NCBI GenBank assembly: GCA_963800555.1
Contig: CAWDBH010000010.1
Span: 24,765-88,764, forward strand
Direction of reading: 5' to 3'
Source: an uncultured Candidatus Micrarchaeota archaeon
Lineage (GTDB): Archaea; Micrarchaeota; Micrarchaeia; Anstonellales; Bilamarchaeaceae
Length of the DNA stretch: 64,000 nt
The stretch's first letter is position 1. Every line of letters begins with the position of its first letter. This document shows positions 9,264-18,699 of this stretch, piece after piece. The translations under genes were made by a program, and so were the position numbers. The notes beneath the pieces were generated by a model. The model was not told the DNA's origin. It did no database searches and saw only the letters and a list, made by a program, of their open reading frames with translations.

Positions 9264-10481
9264 TCATCTCTTCTGCCTTAATATCTCCTTTCTTATCCTT
9301 TCGCGAATCTCCTCCGGCGCCGCTTTGGGTGTATGGCCCGGAATCTTGCCAGCTACGATCACGGTCGCGAAATCGCTTTGCGGGAAGAGGTTCTTTATGT
9401 TGCCGTCCGATGTCACGAACGCCCTATGCTTGCCGCGCAATTCTTCGAAATCGGTCTCAAGACCGGACTTCTCGAGCTTCAGCATGCGATCCTCCAGAGT
9501 CTCATGGCCTTCGAGGAAGTACAGCCTTGAATTAGGGGCTATCTTCCGGAATTCATCCGCTATAGCCACCCCGTAATCCACCATCATCCTGTTGGATTGT
9601 ATGTGGTACGGCTCCAGCGTTTTCAAAGCCGTGGAGACATCCCCCTTCTTCACTCCGAATTTATGCATGAACATCTCGAGCAGGTGAGGGCTCATCCCGA
9701 GCCGCTCCAAGAGTTCTGTGACGAAAGCAGGTTGCTTCCATATCGCGGTGTACCAGTCCCCGAGGACCATGACCCCGTCCGCAGCCATCTTCTGGCGGAT
9801 CTCCATGAGGTGTTTGGTGAACGTCATATGATGGAATACCGCGCTCGATATCACCATGTCGAAAGCGCCATCCGCGAGCATCCGTAAATGCTTCTCCTGG
9901 CATGATGTGACGAGCGTGAAATCCACGCTGCAGTGGGCGTTCGCGCTGTGGCTCTCCAGGGACTCCTTAGCATTCGCGAGCCTTGAATGCGACGGCTCAA
10001 GGAGATAGAAATGGCATTTCTTCAATATATCGCCGGCTCCATCAATTATATCCAGGAATGTGAGCACTGCCGCGGTTGTGTCTCCAGCACCTGCGCCTAT
10101 GTCGCAAATGAGTATCTCGTCCTTGTAGCGCGCCATGGCGCTCAGGAGATCTGCAGCCATGATGCCGACATCATGATTCAATTCTTCGTTCCCGAATTGA
10201 AGGCTCGCGTTGGATGTTGCTTTCTCTATGGCATCATTGCTCGCCTTGGTGCCACGTTTCCATTCCTCCAAATAACTCTCGCTGGCCATCCTTTCTATGA
10301 ACGCGGCGTTCTCAGGGGTGACATCTATCCCCCAGTTCACGAGGTACTGGGACGCGATCCTGAATAGGCTTCCAGGCGGATAAGATAGCCCAGAGCAAAT
10401 TCTCTGGAATTCCCGGTCTATCTCTTCAATATCCGATCGTGTTTCCTTGAGCGGAGCGGGTGCCATCGGCTCACCTCGCAT
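9264..10481 (-). CDS. class I SAM-dependent methyltransferase, paralogue A
   Basis: Motif I ICDIGAGAGDTT, later DMVISSAVFHH and GDWY. N-terminal region RICSGLSYPPGSLFRIASQYLVNWGIDVTPEN is shared with the adjacent paralogue. Alternative start at ATG 10466. Confidence 0.7.
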   Translation of the reverse strand: MRGEPMAPAPLKETRSDIEEIDREFQRICSGLSYPPGSLFRIASQYLVNWGIDVTPENAAFIERMASESYLEEWKRGTKASNDAIEKATSNASLQFGNEELNHDVGIMAADLLSAMARYKDEILICDIGAGAGDTTAAVLTFLDIIDGAGDILKKCHFYLLEPSHSRLANAKESLESHSANAHCSVDFTLVTSCQEKHLRMLADGAFDMVISSAVFHHMTFTKHLMEIRQKMAADGVMVLGDWYTAIWKQPAFVTELLERLGMSPHLLEMFMHKFGVKKGDVSTALKTLEPYHIQSNRMMVDYGVAIADEFRKIAPNSRLYFLEGHETLEDRMLKLEKSGLETDFEELRGKHRAFVTSDGNIKNLFPQSDFATVIVAGKIPGHTPKAAPEEIRERIRKEILRQKR

Positions 10482-11643
10482 GCGGTTTAATGCCCATCAT
10501 GACCGATGCCCGATCTGATCCAGGGACGATCCATTTCGGAAGAACAGGGAGTTTCGCTTTCGGGAATGCTCTCGATATGTCCGCATTGTCTATACTGAAT
10601 CCGGCATCCCTCAATTTCTGCTCTCTGGCCTGAGTGGTGTCGAAAGCCCCCAGCACGAATATCCTGGGTTGTGTTACCTGGGTTGGCGATGTGATGATCG
10701 CATGGTATACGTCGGCCCAATGTGTCTGGTGGTCATGAATGCTTTTTATCTGCTCAATCGACATAAATGGGCAGGTGACCGGGTCAACCAGGTTTCCCAT
10801 AAGTTCCTTGAACATATCCAGCCTCCTGCTCTCGATGCGCATCTTCTCTAAAAGCTGGTATACGCTGGAAGGGTGATTGCACAAGGATGAATGCCAGTCC
10901 CCTGAGACGAGGGCCCCGCCTTCCCTCAAGGCTGAGAACACCTTGCCGTATATATCCGGAAACGGCTTTTTATGGAAATGACAGAGCGATACGATGATGT
11001 CGAACTGGTCTGCGTGGTCAGCCAAGAAATCCTCATCCTTCATCGAGTGGGCTCTCACTTCCCCCGGCCTGAATTGTTCGAGGTTCGCGGTGGCGCTGGG
11101 CAGATTCACGGCGTTGAAGTCTACGAGATTGAAGGACGTCCTCTCGATTATGCCCTCCGTAATCCTATCGCTCCGCAGGGCAGTGGCTATCGCTGTCAAC
11201 GCCCTTCCCCTCCCGGTAGCGATATCGCATATCCTGAATGACCGTGTGCCGTCATCGAGGGATTTCATTATCTCTTTGACGACAATCCCGATCATCCTGG
11301 CCAGGTTGGTTTTCACGGTCCTGGTGAATGGCGTATCCTCATACTGGTTCGTAGGGCCGTAAAGCTTCCGGTAATCGTAATCCTTTCTCCTGAATCCTTC
11401 TGACATCTCTGCCAGGGCTTGTCTGTTCTCAGGGGTGAGCCCTATGCCCCATCTATGATAGACTTCGCTAGGGACCCTGCTGATGCTGCCTGTCCTTATA
11501 GGAAGCCCTTTAGTGACTTCGCAGAACCTCTGGTCGAATCGTTTTATGTCATCCATGAAGCTATATCTGGGGATATTGGCTTCCGTGGCAATCGTTTTAG
11601 CAGAAGTAGGATCGCCATCTTCATTTTTCGTTCCATCACCCAT
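10471..11643 (-). CDS. class I SAM-dependent methyltransferase, paralogue B
   Basis: Motif I ICDIATGRGRALT, DIIVSLCHFH and GDWH. N-terminal RFCEVTKGLPIRTGSISRVPSEVYHRWGIGLTPEN aligns by eye with paralogue A. Its stop overlaps or abuts the start of A. Confidence 0.7.
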   Translation of the reverse strand: MGDGTKNEDGDPTSAKTIATEANIPRYSFMDDIKRFDQRFCEVTKGLPIRTGSISRVPSEVYHRWGIGLTPENRQALAEMSEGFRRKDYDYRKLYGPTNQYEDTPFTRTVKTNLARMIGIVVKEIMKSLDDGTRSFRICDIATGRGRALTAIATALRSDRITEGIIERTSFNLVDFNAVNLPSATANLEQFRPGEVRAHSMKDEDFLADHADQFDIIVSLCHFHKKPFPDIYGKVFSALREGGALVSGDWHSSLCNHPSSVYQLLEKMRIESRRLDMFKELMGNLVDPVTCPFMSIEQIKSIHDHQTHWADVYHAIITSPTQVTQPRIFVLGAFDTTQAREQKLRDAGFSIDNADISRAFPKAKLPVLPKWIVPGSDRASVMMGIKPHAR

Positions 11644-11666
11644 ACTTTTATTTATACTACCATATA

Positions 11667-11674
11667 TTTATAAA
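11667..11674. promoter_or_regulatory. palindromic TATA box shared by divergent genes
   Basis: TTTATAAA centred about 27 nt from both ATG 11643 (minus strand) and GTG 11697 (plus strand) within a 53-nt divergent spacer. Confidence 0.5.
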
Positions 11675-11696
11675 CCGTGCCGTCGTATTCAAGTCT

Positions 11697-12554
11697 GTGA
11701 AACCCAAACCCGGCAAACGCGAGCCGGAACCGTTGTTCAAGCACGGCTCCATCCAATACCTAACAGACGGCAATTTCATCTATGCCGACAAGGACGGCGC
11801 AAGGATGCGGCTGGACCTGTTCGCAGGCCGCTACTACAAGCTGCGCCCGGTCAACGGCGTGCCGATCCTTGAAGTCGACGGGCTCAGGATGCACCTTGTG
11901 AGGGATTTCAAGACGCCTCTTGATTATTCCGAGGAAGTCGTCAAAGAGCTCGGCATACCGGCGCAGCCGGGAGAATCCGTCGTGCTGGACACCTGCATGG
12001 GGCTTGGATACACCGCGATCGCGGCAGCGAAACGGACTGGCGTTTCCATGGTGGTGAGCTGCGAGATCTCCGACGCGGTGATAACGCTATCCCGTTGGAA
12101 CCCCTTCAGCGACGCTCTCTGGGAGAAAGGGGGGAAGATAACCGTTCTCCAGGGGAGCTCTGCCGAACTGGTCAAGACATTCGGGGACTCCATGTTCTCT
12201 TTCGTGATACACGACCCGCCACGCCTTTCGCATGCCCCCGAACTCTATTCCGGTACGTTCTATGGCGAGCTTTTCAGGGTCTGCAAATACGGAGCGAAGA
12301 TCTTCCATTATGTCGGCAGCGTCGGGGAGAAGAAAGGACGGCGCATAGACAGGGAAGTGGCCAACCGGCTTCAATCCGCCGGTTTTGTCGGAATCCGATA
12401 CCATCCGCGCCTCCAGGGGCTGATTGCATCCAAGCCGCAGCCAAAGGCGATGCCTCGTAAATCCATAATACCGGCATCATTGAAGTTCCAGCCCGTCGGA
12501 CGTCCGCTTCCATCATTCATACGGCCTCGCGTTTCTGAGGATAAATCCGTATGA
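11697..12554 (+). CDS. SAM-dependent methyltransferase (predicted archaeal methyltransferase, COG2521-like)
   Basis: GTG start. VLDTCMGLGYTAIAAAKR (motif I-like) and FVIHDPPR (DPPR motif IV-like). ~285 aa. Confidence 0.6.
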   Translation: MKPKPGKREPEPLFKHGSIQYLTDGNFIYADKDGARMRLDLFAGRYYKLRPVNGVPILEVDGLRMHLVRDFKTPLDYSEEVVKELGIPAQPGESVVLDTCMGLGYTAIAAAKRTGVSMVVSCEISDAVITLSRWNPFSDALWEKGGKITVLQGSSAELVKTFGDSMFSFVIHDPPRLSHAPELYSGTFYGELFRVCKYGAKIFHYVGSVGEKKGRRIDREVANRLQSAGFVGIRYHPRLQGLIASKPQPKAMPRKSIIPASLKFQPVGRPLPSFIRPRVSEDKSV

Positions 12555-12617
12555 TATATCACAACCGTGGCTTGGAAGCCTGATAGATTATTATATCTCA
12601 GATGCGTGGTGCGCACA

Positions 12618-13199
12618 ATGGAAAGAAACGCCCGATATAGATATATAGACGAATACCTGGCTGCGGTACCTGAAGATTCGCGCGTTGCGCTCGAGAGGTT
12701 GCGCAGGATAATAAAGGCTGTATCACCAGAGGCGACAGAACTAATCAGCTACGGTATCCCTACTTTCGATTACCGCGGGAAGCATCTCGTCGGATTCGCC
12801 GCGTTCAAAAACCACTGTAGCTTTTTCTTCATGAGCCATATCAGCAGGCTCGGCGCTGTGGCCTCGGAACTGAAAAACTACCAAACATTCGCCAGCGGCA
12901 TCCACTTCGCTGCCGGAAAGCCATTGCCCGCCAAGCTCGTGAGGCTGATAGTAAGGACGCGCATGGCCGTGGTCGAAAGCTCGATAAGCGCTGTATACCC
13001 GGCATGGGTGATACCATTCATCCGTCTGCTCCCGAGCGTCCATGCCTTCGATCTCCTCAAGGCGATGGTGGGCATCGGGCAGGCCGAGCCGGTGATGCTC
13101 GTTGCCACAACCGCCTTCTGGCTGGCAGCCGCCTACCTCTCCAATGGTTGGATGTACGAGAGGGCGAGGAAAGCAGGAAAGCTAACCCGTTTGGGCTAG
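12618..13199 (+). CDS. DUF1801 (YdhG-like) domain protein with C-terminal hydrophobic extension
   Basis: IDEYLAAVPEDSRVALERLRRIIKAVSPEATELISYGIPTFDYRGKHLVGFAAFKNHCSFF is the DUF1801 pattern as I recall it. Start set at MERNARY. Confidence 0.6.
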   Translation: MERNARYRYIDEYLAAVPEDSRVALERLRRIIKAVSPEATELISYGIPTFDYRGKHLVGFAAFKNHCSFFFMSHISRLGAVASELKNYQTFASGIHFAAGKPLPAKLVRLIVRTRMAVVESSISAVYPAWVIPFIRLLPSVHAFDLLKAMVGIGQAEPVMLVATTAFWLAAAYLSNGWMYERARKAGKLTRLG

Positions 13200-14413
13200 A
13201 AAACGTTGAGCACTTGGTTTATCTTTTTCATTGCAGGCAATATGGCCCGGGTATCCTCTTTGGTTAGTTTTCCGTTTTTCATATCCCTATCGATATCGCG
13301 GAAAATCCGGAATATCCTGCGGAACGCCAATCCCGTGTTCAGGTCGTCGTCCATAGCGTCCTCGAATCCGTCTAGCAGCTTTTTGGCGAATTTTTTGCCT
13401 GCCATTCCGTCTCCTCCCAGTCTGATCCCCCGTATCCTGGATAGCAAACCACGGACGTTCTTGCAGTAACATATCTCATTCTCGAATGCCTGCATATTGA
13501 AATCAAGGGGGCTGCGGTATTTCTCAGATAGCAGATAGAACCTGAGGCATCTGGATGGGACGCCATTTTTTCTGAGCTGGCTGACATAGAATACGTTACC
13601 GGTTCGTTTGGACATCTTCATCTTATTGATCGTCAGGTGCCTCGCATGCAGCCAGAAGTTGGCCATCCTCTTCCCGCTCGCGGCTTCGCTCTGCGCTATC
13701 TCGTTCTCGTGGTGGGGGTAGATATTGTCGCTGCCGCCGCAGTGGATATCAAAGCTTTCTCCGAGATATTGCATGGCCATCGCACTGCATTCGATATGCC
13801 AGCCTGGCCTTCCGTCCCCGAAACTGCTCTTAAAGCGGACATTTCCATCGATTTTCGTCCATCTTTTCCATAGCCGGAAATCCCACAACCCCTCTTTGGA
13901 ATAATCGTCGTTCCTGGCTATCCCCAGGTATCTGCGGTTCCTTAGTTTACGAAGATCGCCATACTGCTTGAACTTCCTCACATCGAAATAGATGCCATCT
14001 CTCTCTTCCTTGCAGAATCCTCTCGCGCAAATCCTGCGGATCAGCCTTTCCATAGAAGGGATATTCCGCGATGCCTTGGCTACGACATCCGGCCTCCGCA
14101 TACCCAGGCTCTTCCAATCAGCGAAGAACGCTCTTATCTTGTCTTTCTGGAGCGCATCGAGCGATTTCCTTTCCCGTCTCGCCGCTTCTATCGCCTTATC
14201 TTCGATATCCGTGATGTTTATGACTCGCTTCACTTTGTATCCTTTGAAGATGAGATACCGAACTAAAACGTCCTCGAAGAGGTATGTCCTGAAATTGCCT
14301 ATATGCGAGTAGGCATAGACCGAAGGGCCGCAGGTGTACATCCTCACGGTGTTGCCCCGAAGCGGCTTGAATGTCCGTTTCTTCCCATCCAACGTGTCGT
14401 AGAGCCTGAGCAT
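13196..14413 (-). CDS. cysS: cysteinyl-tRNA synthetase (short form, 405 aa)
   Basis: [20 protein letters not shown] (HIGH-type motif) and KMSKRTGN (KMSKS). Only ~130 aa follow KMSKS. Confidence 0.85.
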   Translation of the reverse strand: MLRLYDTLDGKKRTFKPLRGNTVRMYTCGPSVYAYSHIGNFRTYLFEDVLVRYLIFKGYKVKRVINITDIEDKAIEAARRERKSLDALQKDKIRAFFADWKSLGMRRPDVVAKASRNIPSMERLIRRICARGFCKEERDGIYFDVRKFKQYGDLRKLRNRRYLGIARNDDYSKEGLWDFRLWKRWTKIDGNVRFKSSFGDGRPGWHIECSAMAMQYLGESFDIHCGGSDNIYPHHENEIAQSEAASGKRMANFWLHARHLTINKMKMSKRTGNVFYVSQLRKNGVPSRCLRFYLLSEKYRSPLDFNMQAFENEICYCKNVRGLLSRIRGIRLGGDGMAGKKFAKKLLDGFEDAMDDDLNTGLAFRRIFRIFRDIDRDMKNGKLTKEDTRAILPAMKKINQVLNVF

Positions 14414-14466
14414 ACGGAATCAAATCGGAGATATGCGTTATATAGTTTACGCGAGCATGATAAAAC

Positions 14467-14793
14467 ATGGTCACCGAACTCACAGCGGATCCAAAAACCG
14501 CCTTGAAAGCAGTGCCAGCGGGCGTCGTCGTTTTCTATGCTCCTTGGTGCGGGGATTCCATTAAATCAGAGGACTACGAGAAGGCGATGGAAAAGGAATT
14601 CGAGGGCAAGGTGGAATTCTTCCGCTTGGATGCCACGGAATACGAGAGCATCTCGGATGTCTACAATGTCGAGCGCTACCCCACATACATATTCTTCAGG
14701 AAAGGGAAACCGGTCCGCGGAACCCTGGTCGAGCCATGCGCCGAAGGAGAAGTCAGGAACTGGATTGAGATCAAGCTGGGAAGGACGAGATAG
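14467..14793 (+). CDS. thioredoxin-fold protein with CxxS active-site variant
   Basis: VVFYAPWCGDSIK sits where thioredoxins have WCGPC. 108 aa. ERYPTYIFFRKGKPV matches the thioredoxin cis-Pro region. Confidence 0.7.
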   Translation: MVTELTADPKTALKAVPAGVVVFYAPWCGDSIKSEDYEKAMEKEFEGKVEFFRLDATEYESISDVYNVERYPTYIFFRKGKPVRGTLVEPCAEGEVRNWIEIKLGRTR

Positions 14794-14834
14794 AAAAACT
14801 TCCTGGCCGAGCGGCATTGATATACATCAGTTTT

Positions 14835-15032
14835 TTAATAATCTTCCAGTGCCAGCCCTTGTCCGGCCCGACATGCCGGAGCTGGCCATCTTTTTTTGAG
14901 CGTGCGCAGCCTGGATCGGATGGTGCCTAGCGGCTCGTGGAGTCCTCTCGCGATCTCTTTCTGAGAAATGCTTGACTTGGTAATGATCAGTTCCATGATT
15001 TTCAGGTACTTTTCTGGCATTTTTTCTGGCAC
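14835..15032 (-). CDS. small winged-helix/HTH protein (AsnC/Lrp-type HTH only)
   Basis: YLKIMELIITKSSISQKEIARGLHEPLGTIRSRLRTLKKR resembles an HTH_24-type DNA-binding domain. The N-terminus has an MPEK repeat. Confidence 0.45.
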   Translation of the reverse strand: MPEKMPEKYLKIMELIITKSSISQKEIARGLHEPLGTIRSRLRTLKKRWPAPACRAGQGLALEDY

Positions 15033-15124
15033 TTTTCTGGTACCTGCTTACACCATCCGATTGGAACGATGAATGGCACCATTATTAAACAAACTTTAGT
15101 AAATTATGGTTGAGGGTGATAATA

Positions 15125-15826
15125 ATGCAAAAACTTAAAGTCGCTGCGGTGGTTTTGACAGCGGGACTCGCGACGTCTACATTCTACAATTATGCATTCA
15201 AGAGCGGACGCGAACGCCTCATAAATTCTGAGGTGGACCGGCTAGGAAGTTATGGAGCTTGTAACGATTACCGAATCGAGCAAACAACTGCAGAAAATGT
15301 ACTTGTTGCTAATGGCTCGGATGCTGTTCCTGCTTTGATAAACGGCTTGGGGAACTGGTGGAATAATGATAGGCGGATGAATGCCATCAATGCTCTTTCC
15401 AAGATCGTAAGCAAGAATCCTGACAATGTACCGCTTGTTGTTGCGGCTTTGATCGGAAGACTGGATGATTGGAATAGTGGCGTGCAAAGTACGGCTGCCG
15501 AGGCACTTGGTCGCATAGGAGATCCCACTGCCGTTCCTGCTTTAATGAAAGCATTGGAGGATGATGGTTTCTGGAATGGGGCGCAACGGAATGCCGCTAG
15601 GTCGCTCGGTTGGATCGCTTCGAAGTATCCGGAGTATGACTGGGGGCCCGTCGTTCATGCTTTAATAGGAAAGTGGGGGGAGACTTGGATGCGTATGGAG
15701 ATCTCTGGCGCGCTTAATGACATTGCACGAGGTAATCCGCAATATGACATACCTCCCCGTATGCGAAGCTATTACTGGTCAGATAAAGCAGAGCGGGATA
15801 AAGAAGATCAAGCGAGCGAGAAATAG
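15125..15826 (+). CDS. HEAT/PBS-lyase-repeat protein with N-terminal TM anchor
   Basis: Repeats such as VQSTAAEALGRIGDPTAVPALMKALEDD and AINALSKIVSKNPDNVPLVVAALIGRLDD. Hydrophobic N-terminus KVAAVVLTAGLATS. Confidence 0.6.
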   Translation: MQKLKVAAVVLTAGLATSTFYNYAFKSGRERLINSEVDRLGSYGACNDYRIEQTTAENVLVANGSDAVPALINGLGNWWNNDRRMNAINALSKIVSKNPDNVPLVVAALIGRLDDWNSGVQSTAAEALGRIGDPTAVPALMKALEDDGFWNGAQRNAARSLGWIASKYPEYDWGPVVHALIGKWGETWMRMEISGALNDIARGNPQYDIPPRMRSYYWSDKAERDKEDQASEK

Positions 15827-16091
15827 TGAATCCTGTTGAACCCCAAAAAGACCAATAGCATGAGTGCTAGGGGAGACAAGATCGTAGATCCACCATTATA
15901 TGGACCCGGGTATCCCTCAATAACCATCAAGCAGCATTATCGTCAGGCTGCCTTCTTCGTTTACCCTCGCTCAGACCTCATGCCCGGAGTCGCCCGTGCG
16001 AGAAGGCCCGTCTGATAGCTTTTTATATACAAATAACCACAATAGAACTGTGCAATCGCGGAAGGAGCAGCCAGGGATACGCGTCAGGGCT

Positions 16092-16877
16092 ATGGCCAGC
16101 GAAATCGAAGCGCCGAACCGGAAGATGGTCCGGGTCGAGCCCGTGGCAGAGCAGCTGGAACTGAAAGCCAGGGACATAGCAGAGAAAGTGAGCGGCGTGA
16201 TGGGGATCGGGTTCAGGAACGGTTTCGACATCCACATCCATGACACGCCAGGATACTTCGATGAGCACCGTAAAAGGGGGTATCCGGAGCCGGAAGCCGA
16301 GTTCGGGCTGGCACTGCCGCGCGAGAACCTGGTCCTGATAGATGGGGGCAGGCTGTTCAGCAAGGGCATCGGACCCGATGCAGATGTGGGGGTCCTCGAA
16401 ACGGACCTGCTCCTCGGCGTTGCATGCATGGTGCCGCACGAGCTCGCCCACCTGTTCCACTCTTGGCACGATTCGCGGATTTTCACTAGGATGGAAAAAG
16501 CGAGGGAAGTTTTTGGGAAGGGCGGGCAAGCCGCGGCGCAGGCGCTACTCAGCAACCCTTACGAGATGATATTCGCGCTGAGGATGGACAAGACCCTGAG
16601 CGAGGGCATCGCGATTTACGCAGAGAACGCGGTCTGGGCGAGCTACGGGGGGAAGAACAGAGCGAAGGAACTGACGCTGGTCGAAAGGGCCAGAATATTC
16701 TTCGATTTGGCGTCTTACCTTGAGCTTTACGACCTGGGCGCATGGTTCATGAATCGGATAGAGGGGCTGCTCGGAGGCAATCCGGTGAAGATCGTCATCG
16801 AGAACCCGCCGAGCAATCCAGTCGAACTTCTCTCGCCGCAGATATACGCCGCGAGGCTGAGGTGGTGCGGCATATGA
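16092..16877 (+). CDS. putative zinc metallopeptidase (HExxH)
   Basis: VPHELAHLFH motif. Start set at MASEIEAP, about 70 nt downstream of a TATA-like CTTTTTATATAC. The stop overlaps the next ATG (ATGA). Confidence 0.5.
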   Translation: MASEIEAPNRKMVRVEPVAEQLELKARDIAEKVSGVMGIGFRNGFDIHIHDTPGYFDEHRKRGYPEPEAEFGLALPRENLVLIDGGRLFSKGIGPDADVGVLETDLLLGVACMVPHELAHLFHSWHDSRIFTRMEKAREVFGKGGQAAAQALLSNPYEMIFALRMDKTLSEGIAIYAENAVWASYGGKNRAKELTLVERARIFFDLASYLELYDLGAWFMNRIEGLLGGNPVKIVIENPPSNPVELLSPQIYAARLRWCGI

Positions 16878-17875
16878 GCGGGCCGGACTCGACCAAAGCG
16901 CTGCTGTTCAGGCAGTCGTGGACGAAACCGGAGATCGTCCGCGCCTACGAGAGGACCCGGGGACCGTTCAGGGGCTGCGCGTCGAGAATCGTGAGGAGCG
17001 CGCTCGGGAAGCATTTGCAGGCATCGGACAGGATCCTCGAGGTCGGGAGCGGATTGGGCGAGCTGCTCGACCTCGCGCCGGAGCTTGAAGGCAGGCTGGT
17101 GCAGAGCGAGCAGAGCGCGGCGATGGCGAAGGAGAACAGGTGGCTGCACCCTGACTCGAGAATGGTCGTAGCTGACGCGCATGCGCTTCCGTTCCGAGAC
17201 GGAAAGTTCGACGCCGTTGTAGGATTCTCGTCTTTCGACACGTTCGGGGATTTGCCGACCGCGGTGAAGGAAACAAGAAGAGTCTTGGCCCCAAGAGGAA
17301 AATTCATGCATTTCCTGGACATGATAGCGTGCGAGAACCCGCTGATGCACAAACTGGCCTGCGAGGGTCGGATCGGGTTCCCGTCATTCGAGACCGCCCC
17401 GGACGGGAAGAGGGTGCATACCGGGTTCCTTGCGGTGAGCCAGGAAGAGGCGGAGCGGGTGGCTGGGGAGATCGGGGAGCTAGCCTTTAGGGATTTGTTC
17501 TCGGCCTATGCCTCCAACCCGATTGACATGTACTGGCTGATATCGAGGCAGGATATGCGCTTGTTGGCGGTGATGGACGCCATGCTCAAGGTCGTCGGTG
17601 CGAGGGGGGAAGTGATCCCCCACACGGGATTCTTCACCGATAATCTGACCTCCGCGCTCAGGGAGAGCGGTTTCTCGGTCCGGACGTACAAAGTCTATGA
17701 CGAGGAAATCGTGGAGCACAGTGTCGAGCTCGAAAGCCTTGGGAAGCTTCCGTTGCACAATTCCTACCTCAACGACGTAGGCGTGCTGATGAGCCGGATC
17801 GAGGGTGGCTTGGGCTTCGGCAAAGCGAGGGTCAAATTAGGGATCCAGGTAATATCGGCGGAAAGGACGGATTGA
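16874..17875 (+). CDS. class I SAM-dependent methyltransferase
   Basis: ILEVGSGLGELLDL (motif I) and DAHALPFRDGKFDAVVGFSSFDTF (Methyltransf_11-like). ATG 16874 overlaps the upstream stop. Confidence 0.7.
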   Translation: MSGPDSTKALLFRQSWTKPEIVRAYERTRGPFRGCASRIVRSALGKHLQASDRILEVGSGLGELLDLAPELEGRLVQSEQSAAMAKENRWLHPDSRMVVADAHALPFRDGKFDAVVGFSSFDTFGDLPTAVKETRRVLAPRGKFMHFLDMIACENPLMHKLACEGRIGFPSFETAPDGKRVHTGFLAVSQEEAERVAGEIGELAFRDLFSAYASNPIDMYWLISRQDMRLLAVMDAMLKVVGARGEVIPHTGFFTDNLTSALRESGFSVRTYKVYDEEIVEHSVELESLGKLPLHNSYLNDVGVLMSRIEGGLGFGKARVKLGIQVISAERTD

Positions 17876-17879
17876 AAGC

Positions 17880-18677
17880 TTATCTCTGGGGTCCCACGGG
17901 AAGGGTTGAATCCCACCGGAACATCTGCTCGATTATGGAGAGCGTGTTCTGCATGTCTTTCCATGCTTCTTCCACGTCCCTGAAGTAGTCCCACGAATCG
18001 GAGAACTGGCCGGGATAAAACCGCGGTCCCATGCCCTTCCTTTCCATTACGAGCATGGCGCCCAGCGCCAGGAAGAGGGTCCCACCCTCTATGGCCGACT
18101 TGATGAGCCCGATCCTTAAGTCTCCCTTTCCGTAGATCGTGTTGTAGAGCGTGATGCCGGAGGCGAGAGCGACGAACGCGCCGATACCTGTCGGATTGTC
18201 TATAGCCCTCCTAGGCAACGCCCGAGGCGTGTTCTTGATGGTGGAATACTTGGGATGCTCCTTGTCCCCAGGCTCTGGGCTGTCCGGGATGATGATGTAC
18301 CTTTTCCTCCCATCGCGCACTATGGCGTCGGCTTCGTTACCCAGCACCCTCACCATGATGTCCGGATACGTCCCCTCGCCGAACCACCACGACTTCTCGT
18401 TCAGCTTCTCGGCCAGGTGTTCAGCGCATGCCAGCTTGTAATTCACCATCGCCATGTCGAACTCGTAGGAGCGCCGCACCCCGTCGACCGCATCCTGCAG
18501 CCCCGGTTTGTGCAAGATGTCCAGCAGAGGCTCGAAGGAGGCGAGTCTCAGACTGAGCGTGTCAATAGATTTGAGCGTCCTTTTCAGGGCGTAGCAGTCG
18601 GCTTGGGACTTGGCGCGCTGTAGCGCCATGTTTATAGGACTATTCGTGGGAAGCATGAAACCATATTGTGCGACCAT
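17880..18677 (-). CDS. hypothetical membrane-associated protein
   Basis: 265-aa ORF with hydrophobic segments (GIGAFVALASGITLY, GGTLFLALGAMLVM). No recognised motif. Confidence 0.5.
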   Translation of the reverse strand: MVAQYGFMLPTNSPINMALQRAKSQADCYALKRTLKSIDTLSLRLASFEPLLDILHKPGLQDAVDGVRRSYEFDMAMVNYKLACAEHLAEKLNEKSWWFGEGTYPDIMVRVLGNEADAIVRDGRKRYIIIPDSPEPGDKEHPKYSTIKNTPRALPRRAIDNPTGIGAFVALASGITLYNTIYGKGDLRIGLIKSAIEGGTLFLALGAMLVMERKGMGPRFYPGQFSDSWDYFRDVEEAWKDMQNTLSIIEQMFRWDSTLPVGPQR

Positions 18678-18699
18678 CTTTTTATATCTTCTGCAATAT

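Noticed and set aside
7892-9535. 547-aa plus-strand ORF (Arg/Gly/Pro/His-rich) spanning serS and the next gene
   Set aside because: It is an alternative frame of the well-supported serS CDS and is antisense to the methyltransferase. Its composition is typical of off-frame translation of GC-rich coding DNA, and it has no motifs.
15011-15045. Three tandem ~12-nt repeats (TTTTCTGGCA-like), checked as a possible CRISPR or regulatory repeat
   Set aside because: They are too short and too few for a CRISPR array, and there are no spacers. They correspond to the (V/M)PEK peptide repeat at the N-terminus of the small HTH ORF on the minus strand.
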